A stretch of DNA of 64,000 bases, from positions 114,764,001 through 114,828,000 of the forward strand of contig NC_045697.1 in NCBI RefSeq assembly GCF_009834535.1. The letters are read 5' to 3'. The notes beneath the pieces were generated by a model, which did no database searches, had not been told where the DNA came from, and saw only the letters and a program-made list of their open reading frames with translations. How positions within the stretch are numbered: the stretch's first letter is position 1; every line of letters begins with the position of its first letter. This stretch comes from Camelus ferus (Eukaryota). The position numbers and the translations under genes were made by a program. Below are positions 49,591 to 63,846 of the stretch, one piece after another.

Positions 49591-50234
49591 ATTATAACCT
49601 GGAAAGGCTTGATTTACTCTTTCTATCTTCCAGTGTTGTTGATGACAATGATGTTAATCCAGCTCTTTACTTTTTTTGGTTCAGTGGATTTTTGTCCCCG
49701 AGAACAGTCTCTTCTTTGGGTCTCTGGTAGTTTACCGTAATCTATCTAACCATGAGTCTTGAGTCATTGGTCCGATTCAGCAGTCAGTGGGCCCCACTAA
49801 TGTAGATATCTCTGTTCTCTCCAGCTCAAGGACAATCTTATTAAAGGGCTTCATCAGATCTAAGGTGCTGTTGAGGCTAAGTCACATCATATTTTGTGTG
49901 CTATTCAGAGAGAACCCTGCCAAATAAATGAATACGTAACAGCAATTGTAAGATGCACGCTAACTTAAAGAGATGTTAGAATGTGACAACAAATTTGAGT
50001 TCTAGAGGCAGTGAAAATGGTGTTACTTCTCCACTTCTGTCTGCATACCTGTGTACTCCCTCACTGTACTTTCAGTCACATGAACAGCCAGCCTTTAATC
50101 TGTCCCCTCATTTTATTCTTATTTCTGTGAGAATAAATTTGCATTACATTGTTAACAACATACTAGTTGTGTTTTCTTTTGTTGACACTTTATTAACTTA
50201 TTTACCCTGTATACTTACACTAATCCTTTTCATC

Positions 50235-51390
50235 CTATGTGCAAAGTAAATTCTAGATGTATTTAAAGCTTAATTATGAAAAGCAAAACTTAAATATTAG
50301 ATAAAAGCATATGAAGGACTCTCAATTCATCTGAGGCCAATTTATTTTTTTTTAACTCCCAATGAGGATTTTTTTTATTGAAGTATAGCACAGTGATTCA
50401 ATTTTACATATACGTACGCTTTTTTCAGATTCTTTTCCATTATAGGTTATTACAAGATATTTAATATAGTTCCCTGAGCTATACAGTAGGTCCTTGTTGT
50501 TTATTTATTTTATATATAGTAGTGGGTAGGCCAACTTCTTTTAAAAGTACTGAGAAGCAGAAGCAATGGAGAAAAAGTGACAAGAGACACACAGATGCCC
50601 AGCAAGTATATGAAAAGATGCTCAGTGTCACTATCTAGGGGAACTTTCATCAAAACTACAATAAGATAGCACCTCACGTGAGGACGATTATTATCAAACA
50701 ACCAAAAGCTAACAAGTGTTGGCAAGGTTAATGAGAATTTGGAAACCTTGTACTCTGTGGATGGAAGTGTTACATTGGTGCAGCCTCTATGGAAGACAAT
50801 ATGGAGGTTTCTCAAAAAATTAAGACAAGAACTACCATATGATCCCCTTTGGGGTATTTAACCAGGAAAATTGAAATCCAGAGCTCCATGAACTACCGTG
50901 TTCATTGGTAGTATTAGTCACAATAGCCAAGAAACAACCAAAGTGCCCATCAGTAGATGGACGGATAAAGAAAATGTGGGAAACACATACCATGGAATAT
51001 TCTTTAGCCTTAAAAAAAAGGGGGGGGAATACTGCCATATGTGATAACACAGATGAACCTGGAGGGCATTATGCTAAATGAAATGAGCCCGACACAGAAA
51101 GGCAAGTGCGAGGTGACTCCACTTTTAGGAGGTGTCCACCATAGGCAAACACGTCGTCGACACCCAGGGTGGACTGGTGCTCACTTGGTGCTGGGGGAGG
51201 GGAGATGGGGAGCTGCTGTTCAACAGGTGGGAGGTTTCAGTGACGAAAGTGGTGAAGTTTAGAGCTCTGCTGGACCACACTGCACTGTGGGGAACCACAC
51301 TGCACTGTGGGGAACCACACTGCGTGGTGCACTTAAAAATTATTAAGAGGGTAGGTCGCATGCTCAGTGGTCTTCCTACAACAGCATTAA
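50235..51390 (+). mobile_element. Older L1 ORF2 3' end and 3' UTR
   Basis: atgaaaagatgctcagtgtcacta, ctaccatatgatcc, cacaatagccaagaaacaaccaaagtgcccatc, gaacctggagggcattatgctaaatgaaatgagcc. Confidence 0.85.
50341..50528 (-). mobile_element. Young L1 3' tail nested antisense in the older L1
   Basis: tttattgaagtatag...aatatagttccctgagctatacagtagg; TSD aggccaatttattttt/aggccaacttctttt. Confidence 0.85.
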
Positions 51391-52172
51391 TATAAAAACT
51401 GGTAAACAATGAGGGGTCAAGGGAGCTGGCCTCTTGCTCCGTTTCTGAGCAGCAGGGGGATTCTTTAAGGAGGAATGCATTTGGGGAAATGGGTGGGTCG
51501 GGGGCGTCTTTGGCAGTACTGCCACTCAGCAAAACGTCTGCAACTATTAAACCGTGTATTTGGTTTATATTTTCAACATTACAGATTAAAAAGCATATTA
51601 TGTTTATATTAATTAAAAAGTGCAATTTGTTTATGCCTTCGACATGACACATTCTTTACATGACAAGAAAGAAATTTTTGAAAAAGCTCTCAGAAGATCA
51701 TTTCTATAGTTTGCACATTGTCTTTGTGTCCGTGACCCTTTACCCTTGTGACACATTCATCCTTTTATAACTGATGGCAGGAATTCTTTTCATATTAAAA
51801 GGTGCTTGTCTAGGAAAAAAAAAAAAAAAGACAGAGAGAGAAAGAGAGAGAAAATATAGGGGACAAATTCATCTTTCTTAAAATAAAAACAATTTCATGA
51901 GAAATGAAAATGCAAGTGCCTATGTGAAATGATATATTTACATCTAGCAAATTCAACAAAGAATTGGTATTCAGAATAAAGACAGGAAAGGTCATCTTTA
52001 AATGGTAAAAAAAAAAAATACCCACAAATCAATAGAAAACCAGTCAAACTGTATGACTAAAAATGTTATATTGGTTGATATTAAATATGCATAAAATTGC
52101 TCATCTAACTTGAATATTCCAAAGCATGAAACTAAAGGCAACACTGAGTTATTTTTCACACCAGAGTTATCA

Positions 52173-52173
<1 letters not shown>

Positions 52174-52236
<63 letters not shown>

Positions 52237-52238
52237 CA
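52174..52238 (+). repeat. (CA)n microsatellite within old L1 debris
   Basis: Read directly. Confidence 0.95.
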
Positions 52239-54597
52239 AAGTCTGACAGTACCAAGCATTGGACACAACACAGAAAAAGTGGAATCTCTCTTGCATTGTT
52301 GGGCTAGCAGCAGATTAACTGGTAAAACAATTTGGAAAATGATTTCAAAATATTTATAAAGTTGGGAAATGAACCACTTTGCCAGCCGTCAGTTCTGCTT
52401 CTAGGACAGAAAACCTACATTGGCATCAGGAGTTAAATGCAACAATAGCCATTCCAATACTGCATGTGTTCTCTGCTAATTGTCGTTTCTCTGGTTTCTC
52501 CTCAGTTTTGAAACTTGACAGTGTTTGCCGGTGACGCCTCCAGTTGTTTTCCAGCGCGACTGCCCATCATGCATTGCTATTTAAGATGATTTCATTTTCC
52601 CCACATTAATAAATCATTTCAAGCAAACTGTAATGAACCTTTAAAATATTCTTATGTATCACCAAATATAAAACAACTTCTGCATTCATAATTCAATTTT
52701 GATTCAGTACTGCATTCGTTCTTAAATTACATTCGTAGGTGACTGGTACCATATCCTCCCCACTGAGTTTCACAAAGACGTACCAGAGAGCTCAAAGTCT
52801 ATTAGCACAGCTTTACTAGGCAAATCTGATATGGCTCATATAGGGGTTACTCAGAGTCAGCTAGGGGGCTTTACTTGTCATAAATAATATCAGCAAACTT
52901 CACAGTTGTCCCTGGCCCCTGCTACAAATTGACACCAGTTAGAGAAATTTCGATCGTGAACGGTAAACAATAAAACAAATCATTTCAAAGCTAATTCCCT
53001 CTGGAAACAAATATAAATTTTCCTTTCACACCTACTTTGTCAGCTCAGGAGAAAATGTCTGTAGCTCATATTTCCCTGGTCTGAGACTTGTCTCTAAGCC
53101 CATTTGCACTTTTAGATTTAAACAAACAGCAATACGCACATGTTGATTTAGGTAGAGTGGAGTATTTTTACTTGCAGCTTACCTAAAAACTCTTCAAGAT
53201 ATTTCTGAAAGTGAGAAATATCTGAAGTGTGTGACCATTATCTAATTTCTTAAATTATCATGTTCTGATCACATTTATACCTCAAAAGTGGTTAAATGTG
53301 TTGACTATTTACCATGTCTGGTTGGGCCAAAAAAAATTTTTTTTTAATATTGGGGAATATTCTATGTAACAGTGAACCATCCACTGATGATACTTGGCGA
53401 GTTTCATCTATAAAATGATCTGGATCTCATGTGTAAGATCCTTCATAATCTTTCCATCTGTTTCTACAATCATTACTTTCCTCTAGTTTCCTATTTCTTC
53501 TCGGTCCAATTATGATAATTTATTATTTCTTAGAAGATTTCTCATTTCATTTATAACGCTTTTGTAAGTACATTGGCATAAATTGAATAGAATTCTATGA
53601 TATAAATTTTATAATGTTATGCTGCCTATGATCTTATTATAAAAAGCTAGATCAATATTTTCTCTTTTTTAATTATGACGTTTTATTTTTTAATGCATCT
53701 TAAAATACCTTTTAATATTAAATGCCTTATATATTTTAACATGCTTCTTAGGACTTTAGGATAAATATTCAACACCCTTTAGAATGTTAGAAAATATTCT
53801 GCTTTACCAACTAATAAAAAAAGAGCCAATGAATATCAATTCAATTTCAATATGCCTGATTTCTGCGACTTGTTGAACTTCTCATCCTGTCCATGGTAGG
53901 GACCATTTTCAGTCATCTTCTCATTTGATATTGTCCCTCAAACCTCTGACATAAATTTGGGGGCACGGGGTGGAAAGGTGATGTCTTCTATTTGGTATGT
54001 ATTCTGGCTTTTTTAAAATAAGAAATAAGATCAGGGGTTGCATTTCCCATGAGGGGTACTTTGCTCTCGGGTGGGGCTGCGGCATTTACCCTTCATGCAG
54101 GGAGGCTACAGGAGACACTGCCCTTTTTCTTCCACCCCACTCACATAGCCGTCTCACCTCTGTGTGATGTGCACACTTATAAGTCCTGTCAGGACTGAGG
54201 CAGATGGGAATTGAGCATGAAGGGCCGACTCTCCGGAAATCATACTGTATATGCTTTAATATTATCCATCTTGAGACCTTTTCTCTCTCTTGTATCCACA
54301 CCTACTTATGAAAAGGACTGTTGGTGCCTCAGGCACCCACTGCCAGTGATCAATCTCATATCCATCCTAGCTTTCTTCATTACTAATAGAAGCTATTAAA
54401 AAAAAAAAAGCAAACTTCAATTTAGTTTGGAGAGGCAATGGATAAAGATAAACAGAGAAAATGAAAACTATATTTCACAGACTCTCTCTTTTGAGAGTGA
54501 TTGCCATCAGACAAGCTTTTGGCCAAAGAGCTATACAGACACAGGAAGTCTGTTTAAAATAGGGTCGGCTGGTACAGGTGTCTTGTTTTTCCATTTC

Positions 54598-55554
54598 CAG
54601 ATGATGCCCAGCATAAAATGGTTTGAATTATGAGTTTTTTACTTTATGATGTTATGAAAGAGATATGCAGTCAGTAGAAACTGTACTTCAGATTTTGAAT
54701 TTTGATCTTTTCCCTGACTAGCAAAGAAACTGACCTGGGTTCTTGGATGCTGCCATCAATAGAAATTGATAAGAGAAATTCAGGCAAGACTTTCTTTGGA
54801 CTCATGCTGCAGCACAAGGGAGCAAAAAGTAACAGGTTCCCTTGCTCAATCCATGACAGGGGGCGAGCTGGTCCCTTATATGGGGTGAGGGTAGGAGTGG
54901 GTCAGGGACTGTGCTCAGGTGTCTGCCCCCCCTCTTGGTGGTGTGTTGTGCGGAAATCATGCTCAGTACCTTGCTTTTGCTCTGGGCACCTCAGAAATGG
55001 CAGTTGGGGTTTTGATCTTTTTGTATCTTGTTCACAATTTGTCCCAAATGGCATGCACACAGATTATTTTTAGTCCCTTAGAGTTTCTTTGTGTTCTGTT
55101 GCCAGAGGAGAGAAACATTTGTCCAAATGTGAGCACTGAAGTGTAGGATCCCAGGTCCCAGCCTGTCTCAGCAACACGTAGTGGGATGCTCTCTCCCTGT
55201 GCTGGGTGGGGCTGCGAGACTCAGCTCCCAGTCAGTATATGAGGATACACGATGGGTACACTTACAACTGTTCTGTGCCTAGACAACCACTCTGTTTTTC
55301 ACTTTCAGTACTCACTTGTATTCAATCAATTGCATGAGATATCCAACCCTTTTTATTATAAAATAGGCTTTGTGTTAGATGATTTCGCCCAGCTGTAGGC
55401 TAATGTAAGTGTTCTGAGCACATTTAAGGTCAGCTAGAGTAAGCTATGCTGTTCAGGAGGCTGGATGTATTAAATGCATTTTTGAATTCATGATATTTTC
55501 AACTTACAATGGGTTTATCAGGAGATAATCCCACTATAAATTGAGGAAGATCCG
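54598..55554 (-). mobile_element. MER47/Tigger5-like TcMar DNA transposon, split by an LTR
   Basis: Degenerate TIRs cagatgatgcc.../...gaggaagatccg followed by TA; body ataaaataggctttgtgttagatgatttcgcccagctgtaggctaatgtaagtgttctgagcac matches MER47 antisense. Confidence 0.85.
54725..55170 (-). mobile_element. Solo ERV1 LTR nested in the MER47-like element
   Basis: Ends cccaggtcccagcctgtctca; 4-bp TSD gcaa (54721-24, 55171-74). Confidence 0.85.
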
Positions 55555-55834
55555 TACTTTAATTTTTTGAACTGCCTGTGACGTGTTCTTGATTCCTAGA
55601 GATAGAGGTGCAACCCAGAGCATATGAGGAAAAGACCCACCACTAGTAACAGCTGAATAAAAAACTTTTAAGAAGTCTCCCACGTTAAGGAGGCCATGAG
55701 ACCCTGAAATTCTTATCTTGGAAAAAAAAAACAGATTAAACCTTCATTTGTTGAAGCTATGAATGGTTCAAGTTTTCTGAGTCATAACCAAACAACTATA
55801 AATTTTACAGTTCCTGTGCAATTTTCAAAAGAAA

Positions 55835-56900
55835 ATTTTAAAATTTAATTGACACGAACTGAACCATACATGGTTTATATGTGCACTTTGATATTCAGTC
55901 CATATGAAATCAACACTATGAACGAGATAATGAACACATCCATCACCCCCAAAAGTTTGCTGACATTTGTATTTCCACCTACCCCTTCATGATTATGATT
56001 ATATTAAGAAGGCGTACACATCCAGACCACAAATGATCAGGTCTATTATGTCTTGCAAGCCCATTATCCAAATGCTATACAGTTACTATTTATTATGAGA
56101 GTTGAACAAGATAGCTTCATGAACAAAATCAAATCTGTTCACTACATAATCTCAGCTTCACGAGCCCCATCCCAAGATGACCAAGATGACCATTGTTCTT
56201 CATGCCACTATATTTTAGTGTAGAATTTCACATAAATGCCTTCCAAAGGCACTATAGAATGTTACATTCTCATATACAGTGTATCACATGTTGATTTATG
56301 GCACATCTTAGTTAGTATGGTAAGCCCTTTAAACTTTGGATATTCTAACTGGAATACAGTATGTGGTTTTAATTTGTATTTTTCTAATAAATAATTATAT
56401 TAAGCTTTTTTGTGTGTGTCTTATTTGCTGTTCTTATGTGTTTGCTGAAGTGTCAGTTGAAATCATTTTCCCACTTTTTAATTGGATTGCTTGTTTTCTC
56501 ATTACTGAATATTAAAAGTTCTTTATATATTTTAGATAAAAATCCTTTTCCAAGTGTGACATTTGCAAGTGTTTTCTTCTGGTCTGTGGCATGTCTATTA
56601 TTTTAACAGTGTCTTTTCAAAAGGTAGCAGTTTTTAGCTTAGATAAATTCCAAATTACCTTTCTTAATTAATCATCTATTGGGTGCTGTATCAAAACATT
56701 CTTTGCCTAAATCATGCTCGCAAAGATTTTTTCCCATGTTTTCTTTTAGAAGTTTTAGCTTCACATTTAGGTCTAAGACCCATTTTGATTTAAATTTTCA
56801 ATGAAGTATGAGATACAGGTCACAGTTTATTCTTCAGTATATGGAAATCTAACTTTCCCTGAACCAGTTATTTATAAGATAAATTTTCCATTGAATTGTC
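55835..56900 (-). mobile_element. Old L1 3' UTR/ORF2 fragments
   Basis: aatgaacacatccatcacccccaaaagttt; tttttaattggattgcttgttttctcattactg; acatttaggtctaagacccattttga. Confidence 0.75.
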
Positions 56901-59249
56901 TACATTTACGGTTTATTTTGTTGTTATTTCAAATGGGAAGGGAAATTTGTTCTCTGACACTCCATATTGATCATACACACTTTTCTTTCAAGCCTTTACC
57001 ACTTTGAGTTTCCTATTCAGTAACATGCCATTTATTTTATTTCTGATATTCCTTGAAATTTCTTGTCCACTGAGCATTTCATTTCTAGCTTTCCAACAAA
57101 AGCTTAACATATTCAAAAAAAATTTTTTTTCTTTCAGTATCACACATTTAAGTAGGCAGGGGGCTACTGAGTTATATGTTCAACCCATCATCCTGAAATA
57201 GGCTATTATGCAAGATAAATAATTCAAGGCCAGAATTCAAATCGGCCCTTTTAAGATTTCAGAGCCCAAGACATTAAGATGAGAAATATATTTTATAACA
57301 TCCTGCTTTTGTGATTTTATTATGTTTTGTTATCATTTAATTTAAAAAAATCTCAAAGTGAACAAGTTTTTACTGTATATTACAAAACTAAATGTTAGCA
57401 AAAGATGAAGTGTTAATATTTTTTAGTTCCCTATTTGCTACTAATTATCTCTGTGATATTGAGTGATTCCCTTACGCTCTCCAGATCTCTTTCTGCTTAT
57501 GGGGATGAAATAAATGGTCACTGAGTTTCTGTTCAGTGCTGTTAGTGATTTTCCATCAGGCAGTGATTGACAATCTTTCTATGGGCGAGTTCTACCTGGC
57601 TTTCTGTTCTTCAACTCTAAGACATCTTCCTTCATCAAGCTGTAGATTTGGTGTTTTAAATGAAAGCTGGGACACATTCAGACTTTCTTCACACCAGGTT
57701 TATATTTTTGTTCCTTTTTTTCCCCAGCTTATCTGATCCATTACTTTTTCTTTTCAAGGTTTTAGTGCCTGCAAAGGACTTGTTATTTAATTCTACCCAA
57801 GAAGAATTGAACTCAAGATATTACTTCTCTCAGGAGATATCTAAAGTCTTATTTCTCACTGTGGTATATAAAAGATTGATCTCTTGTTAAAGGGATTTCA
57901 AATATCAGTTGGAGAAAAGTTACTTTGGAATTACAGTATCTTCCCAGAGGTCAGTGAAATCATGTCATATAGATAAGTGTTTGCTTTACTTACATGCAGT
58001 ACAACTCTTTGCCAATGGAAATGCAAAAATCAGGTCTGCATTACAGCATCCACTATTATATAATCTTAGTTTCATGAATATTAAGTTAATTTTGACTATG
58101 TAAGTTAATAGATAATCAAAAAAAATCTAGAGACGTCTAGATAATATTAAGATACTTCAGAAAACCAAAAAATGTATTAAAAATAAGTTCTTGACTAGGG
58201 AGAGTAAACAAAAAATGGAATCGGCAAGAGGCAACCTATAAGAAAAAATGAAGTTAAGCTTTATTTGAAGAGCTTGGTAGACAACATACACATTTCTACA
58301 ATGAGAAAACCTTGGAGAAACCAAAAATCAGTGAGTTTTCTTGGACTCAGAGAACTAAATTTGCAAGGAAAACTGCCAGAAGAAAATAGGAAGAAACTGG
58401 TACATCCTGAGCGAAATACCCCAGATTTGTTCACCTGGAATTAAAGCTACAGGAGCCCTAAATAGTTGGGAACACTAGACTGGGAATTTCGATCATTGTT
58501 GGAGGTTGTGTATAGATTGATATGAGAGTGACAAACTTCTGGGGGCTTTTGTCTTCAAGGGCCCCAAACTTTTTTGTCTGTTTTATCTCGTAGGAACCTC
58601 ACCAGATTCCCATGGTGAAGATCTAAGAAAGATCCCTTTTTGGCTCTGGCAGGTGAAAAGGAAAGGTAATTATTATGAAATCTGTCAAGAGTTTTCTCCA
58701 TAACAAAGGATTTAATTTAAGTGAAAAAATTTGGGCAGGGTTTGTTGACAGCTGAGGGAAGGGAATTCCTCCCAGCCCAGCCCTTTTAGCCTTCTTCTTA
58801 CAGTTCAAAGGGAAAAAGGAATCAGCAGGGGTCAGGGCTGCAAGGAACTGGGTTGGCAACAAGGTAACCATGGGAAAAATACCAAACAAAACTATAACAC
58901 CGAAGAAATACTTGGGAAAATCATAGCCTTGATTCATAGGGCCACGTAAATACTGTGATTTGATTTAGAGGTTGGAGAATGATCTCCTTTCAAACTCCTT
59001 TCCCTACAGTAATAGAGCATCAGTGCAACACTGCATCACAGGTGGGAAAGTTCTTCAACAGAGACTCCTTTGGAGGAGGGAGACTTTCAAAAGACAAAGC
59101 CAAGATAAAAGACAAAAGCAAGGGCACTGAGGAGACTGAAGCTCCCTGGTACTGACAGCTACAGCAAAAAACATCACAGCCTATCTCCTGGCCAGGTTTT
59201 CAAAAAACCTTACACTGAAAGGCCTATTTAACTCGGTTCCTATTACCAG

Positions 59250-59676
59250 TGTCCAAGAAAACCAGAACTGGACAATAGTCAAAGTGAGAAAAACAGATTT
59301 TATTCAGGAATGAAACCTCAAGTTAGAACAAGACTCAATTTTTAATACAACAACGAAATGTAGACATTGATCACCAAATGGCTGATTTATGGATGGAAAA
59401 TTACTAAGAGGACATATTAAGAGTATGGTGGGGAGTGAGATTCTGGCTCAACCTAGTAGGATTCTTGTCGAAGTCAGGCCAGGGTAATAAGAAATCACCT
59501 GAGGGGTGGTGAGGATGATGAGGAATTTGGTCAGATATGGAGGGTGGGGGATTCTGGCTACACTTAACAGGGTTCTTGCTAACATTGGGCAGTGGAAGTC
59601 CAAAAGGGTAGGGCTAGTTTGGAAGAGGATTCAGAGGAGCATGACTGAAGTTTGGCTAAGGAAAGACTCTTTATCC
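59250..59676 (-). mobile_element. Solo ERV1 LTR, MER31/MER67-like
   Basis: Antisense start (t)gataaagagtctttccttagccaaacttcagtcatgctcctctgaatcc; antisense AATAAA near 59300; L1 flanks rejoin across it. Confidence 0.75.
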
Positions 59677-61791
59677 TTAGGTACCTATGCCCAGTTTTCA
59701 ACAAAACATTGGAAGACATGGCAGAACACAAGGATAGGCATGGCCAAGGAGGCAAAGGAACAGAACCAGACCCAGATATGCAGATGTGGGGATCAGACTG
59801 GGAACTTAAACTAAGATGAAAATAACTAAGATTAATATACTAAATGCTCTAACAGAAAACATAGGGGACATGCAAAAACAAGTGGGTATGAAAGCATAAA
59901 TATAGAAATTCTAAGAAAAGATCAAAGGAATACAATGGAAGTAAGAAACACTGTCAAATGAAGAATTCCTTTGATGGCCTAAGCAACAGCTTTCTCAGGG
60001 CTAAGGAAGAATCAGTGAGCTTGAAAATAGGTCAATAGGAACATTCCAAACTGAAATTCAAAGAGATAAAAAAATGAATAAAATAGAGCAGAACATCCAG
60101 GAACTGTGGGACAACGTCAAAAGGCATTGTGTGAATGGGATAGGAATGCCAGAAAGAGAAAAAAGAGAGAAGAAATATTGGATGTGATGGCACACGACAG
60201 ACCACAGATTCAGGAAGTACAGAGAACAGTAAGCAGAATAAATACCAAAACAAAAGCAAACACCAAAGAGAAACACACATTGGTATATTCAAACAGAAGG
60301 AAAACAAAACACAAAGATTGTAAAAAGCCAGGCCAAAAAAAGTAAAATAAAATAAAGCACCTTCTATATAGAGAAATGAGGATAAGAATTACTATAGACT
60401 AATCACTAGAAAGCATGAGAATAGACGGAAACATTTCAAGTGTTGAAAGAAAAAACCCCACCAACCCAAAATTTTCTATTAAGTAAAATTATCCTACAAA
60501 GTGAGGTGAAATAATTTCTTTTCCAAACAAACAAAAACTGAAGGAATTCATCTTCAGCAGACTTGCCCCACAAGAAATGTTAATAGAAATCCTTCAGGAA
60601 GAAGAAAAGTGATGTAGGTCAGAAACTTGGGTAAATAAAAAGAAGAGCATTGGAGAAGCCATAAGTGAAGATAAAAAATATGTTTTCTTTTATCTATCTG
60701 ATACAGAAGACAACGCTTTGTTTAAGCGTTGTGTAGGTGCCACTGTGTAGGTGATTATAGTGCATAGATTAGTAAAGCAAGTGGCAGTAAATGTCACCTG
60801 AGATGGGAGGGAGGAACTGGGAATACTCTGGTGAAAAGTACCGGCACTTTCTGTGAGTCGGTGCTTTGTGAAGGTAGGTTTAGTTTAGTTTAAAATGCTT
60901 ACTGTAAACTTTGGAACAGCACCAAAAAATTACAAAGTACAATGGATATGCTAAGAGAGGATATAAAATAATATCATATAAAAAATGACAAATATAACTC
61001 ACAGAAAACACAAACATGACAAATATGAGACTAACTATATCAACAATTGCTTTAAAATGAGTGATCTAACTACACCATATAAAAGACAAAAGTTGTTAGA
61101 GTCTATTTAAAAAAACTCACAAGATCCAATTGTATATCCAATTATATACGTTCTACAAAAACCTACTTTAAAGATAAAGACTTAGGTTAAAAGTAAAGTG
61201 ACAGAGGAACATTTACCATGGGAGCAATAAAGTAAAGCTGGAGTCTCTGTGTTAATTTCAAACATATCAGACTTCAGAAGATGGAAAACACAAAAGGGGC
61301 GTTACACAATGATTAAGATGCCGATTCTCCAAAAGGACATCACAATCCTAAACACTGATGCACCTGACAACACAGCTTCAAAATAGGAGGCAAAATTGAT
61401 AGGAGAGAGAGAAATACATCCACTGGAGTCGTGTGCATTCCTATCACTATGGTTAGATCAAGGAGGCAGAAAAAAAAATCACTAAAGGTGGACATGACCT
61501 GAACAGCACCAATCAACACTGTCTAATATGCATTTATGGAAAAAAATCGATACATTTAATAAGGCTTTAGTCAGACTACCAAGGAATATGAGAAAGATAC
61601 ATATTAGCAATAGCAAAAATAACAGGGGTCATTAATAATGATCTCAGGAAGAGTAACGGGGTTATAAAGGAATACCCTGAACAAGTCTATGTCTGCAAAT
61701 TTGACAACTTAGATGAGATGAACCAACTAATTTCCTGAAAGGCACAATCTACCAAAACTCATACAAGGAAATATAGATACCCTGAGCAGCT

Positions 61792-62471
61792 CTTAAGAAG
61801 CCTGGCTCCTGGGCAATCTAATGTGATTTTTCAAGCCTGCCCATAGGCAATTAATTACAAAGGCTTTACCTGGCAGGTCTCGGGGGAAAGCTGGCCTTTG
61901 AACTCGATGCAGAGACAATGAGTCGCAGCTTCTGAAAAGCACTGCAGTCAAGAGCTATGGCCCTGCTGACTGGCGACGCTCTTATGTGCAGCTGCCTTCC
62001 CAGCCCACGTGTCTTCAGTTGGCCATCTCTTTACCTGGGGGTTTGGCTGGGACCTTCCTCAGGTGCCTGTGCTCAGGCCTCCTTCTTAAGGGGAGGTGGA
62101 CTTGAAGACCCTTTTCCTCACTCTGATTCAGCACTCAGTAATTTTCTACTCCTAATCACCACGCCACCCCGTTTCCTCTCTCCAACCTCAGGGTCCATAA
62201 AACTACAGGAGTCCTTGGCTTTGTCTCCCGTGAGAGTGAGCTGACCCCATCCTCTGTGCTGATACATCCGCCCCTGAACCGACTCACTGACTCACAGGGG
62301 AAAACGGAACGGGGAAGCGTAGGCATTGCGTCTGGGTTTAGCCTATCGCACTCAGTGAGTGATTAAAGACATCACTGGTGCCTACTTTCATTTTGGCATG
62401 TTGTTGCTTTAATTGAGGATTCTGACACCTGGCTGTCTTGCTCTCTCCCCAGCTTAGCTGGGCTCCTGACA
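61792..62471 (+). mobile_element. Solo ERVL-type LTR (MER73/MER54-like)
   Basis: Ends cagcttagctgggctcctgaca; gctct repeated at both junctions; CATAAAA and ATTAAA signals; L1 flanks rejoin. Confidence 0.75.
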
Positions 62472-62799
62472 GCTCTATCTCTGTTACAGAAATGGAATCA
62501 ATAATTAATAACCTTCACCAAAGAAAACACTAGGCCCAGATGATGTCACTAGTGAATCCACCTCATGTTTATGAAAGAAATAACACAGTTTCTCCATAAT
62601 CTCCAGAAATGCACTTCCTAACTCACGTATGAAGTCAATATTACTGGTGAAAAGCAGATAAAAAGACATTACAAAAAGGAAAGCTACAGACTAACGCCAT
62701 TCATGAACACAAATATAAAAAAGCTGGAATCACAAAATGCACACACACAAGTTATGCCCCATGGACAAATAGAATGCAGTCCAGGAATGCAGGTGTCTT

Positions 62800-63072
62800 C
62801 AGCTGGGGGTCTTTTTGGGGACTTTGGCTGAAGCCTTCCTCTGGTCTGTTCTTTTACTAATGCCATGTTACTGTAGCTTTGTGTGTGGTCTTAAAACTGG
62901 GTAGTCTACGCCTTCCAATTTACTTTTCCTTCTTCAGGATTATGTTGACTATTCAAGATCTTTGCCTGTCCATATAAAGTTTCCATCATTTTGTCAATAT
63001 CTGCCCAATAGCTTACTGGAATGGTGTTTAATCTATAAATCAAGCTGGGAGCAATGGCATCTTAACAATGTC
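62800..63072 (-). mobile_element. Antisense L1 ORF2 fragment abutting the sense L1
   Basis: ttactgtagctttg...ttcttcaggattatgttgactattcaag...aatctataaatcaagctgggagcaatggcatcttaacaat. Confidence 0.7.
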
Positions 63073-63846
63073 AAAAGGATGGGCATTGTTATATATTTTG
63101 CTGCCTGCTTTTATCCTTAACAATTTAAACATATTCCAGGGTTATTATATATTCATAGAGATTTATTGTTGGATGGAAGTACAATATTCTATTTGAAGAC
63201 TACGATATAATTTCTTAATCCCATTTTCATACTTTTAAATAGTTAATTGTTTTAACTTTGGTGAAATGATATGTAGCAATCTAATGAATATTTGTAAGCA
63301 TGCATCTTTGACCACAATTTATATTATGTAACTGAATTATTGGAGGTCGAAATAACTGAATAAAATATGTGACAAAAATATGTGACAAAAATATGTGATA
63401 TAATTTTATCATTACATTATTTTTTAAAGAAAGTTTGGACTTGTTTCAAATTTATCTGAGGGTAATGTGAATTTCTGCCTTAATCTTCCTTGGATAATAG
63501 TATTTATCACACTTATTAAATGTTTGCATACTTTATGTAATTAAATTTTCAATGTTTGCATTGATGAAGTTGATCTTTTTTCCATATTCATCAGCCATTT
63601 CTAGTCATATTACTATTTGTTGCATCTTCTAAATCTTTATCAGTTTGCCACTCTATTATTACTTAATGAAAATTGCTCTATTGCTTCTTTGGAATTTTTT
63701 TCCAGAGCTTTCATTTTATTAATGCAGTTTTAATTTTATCAGAGAGCTTTCATTTAAGTGAGATTTTCACATTGATTAATAGAATTAAGTATAATCTCTT
63801 AACAAAAGAAAGAAAAGGATAAAGTAATCTAATAAAAATTGGTGTC

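Larger units (their letters stand above)
58180..62795 (+). mobile_element. Old L1 5' UTR, ORF1 and ORF2 endonuclease region, split by two LTRs
   Basis: ORF1-like gaacatccaggaactgtgggacaac, cagattcaggaagtacagagaac; ORF2-like aaagctggagtctctgtgttaatttca, caaatttgacaacttagatgagatgaacc, ggcccagatgatgtcactagtgaat. Confidence 0.8.
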
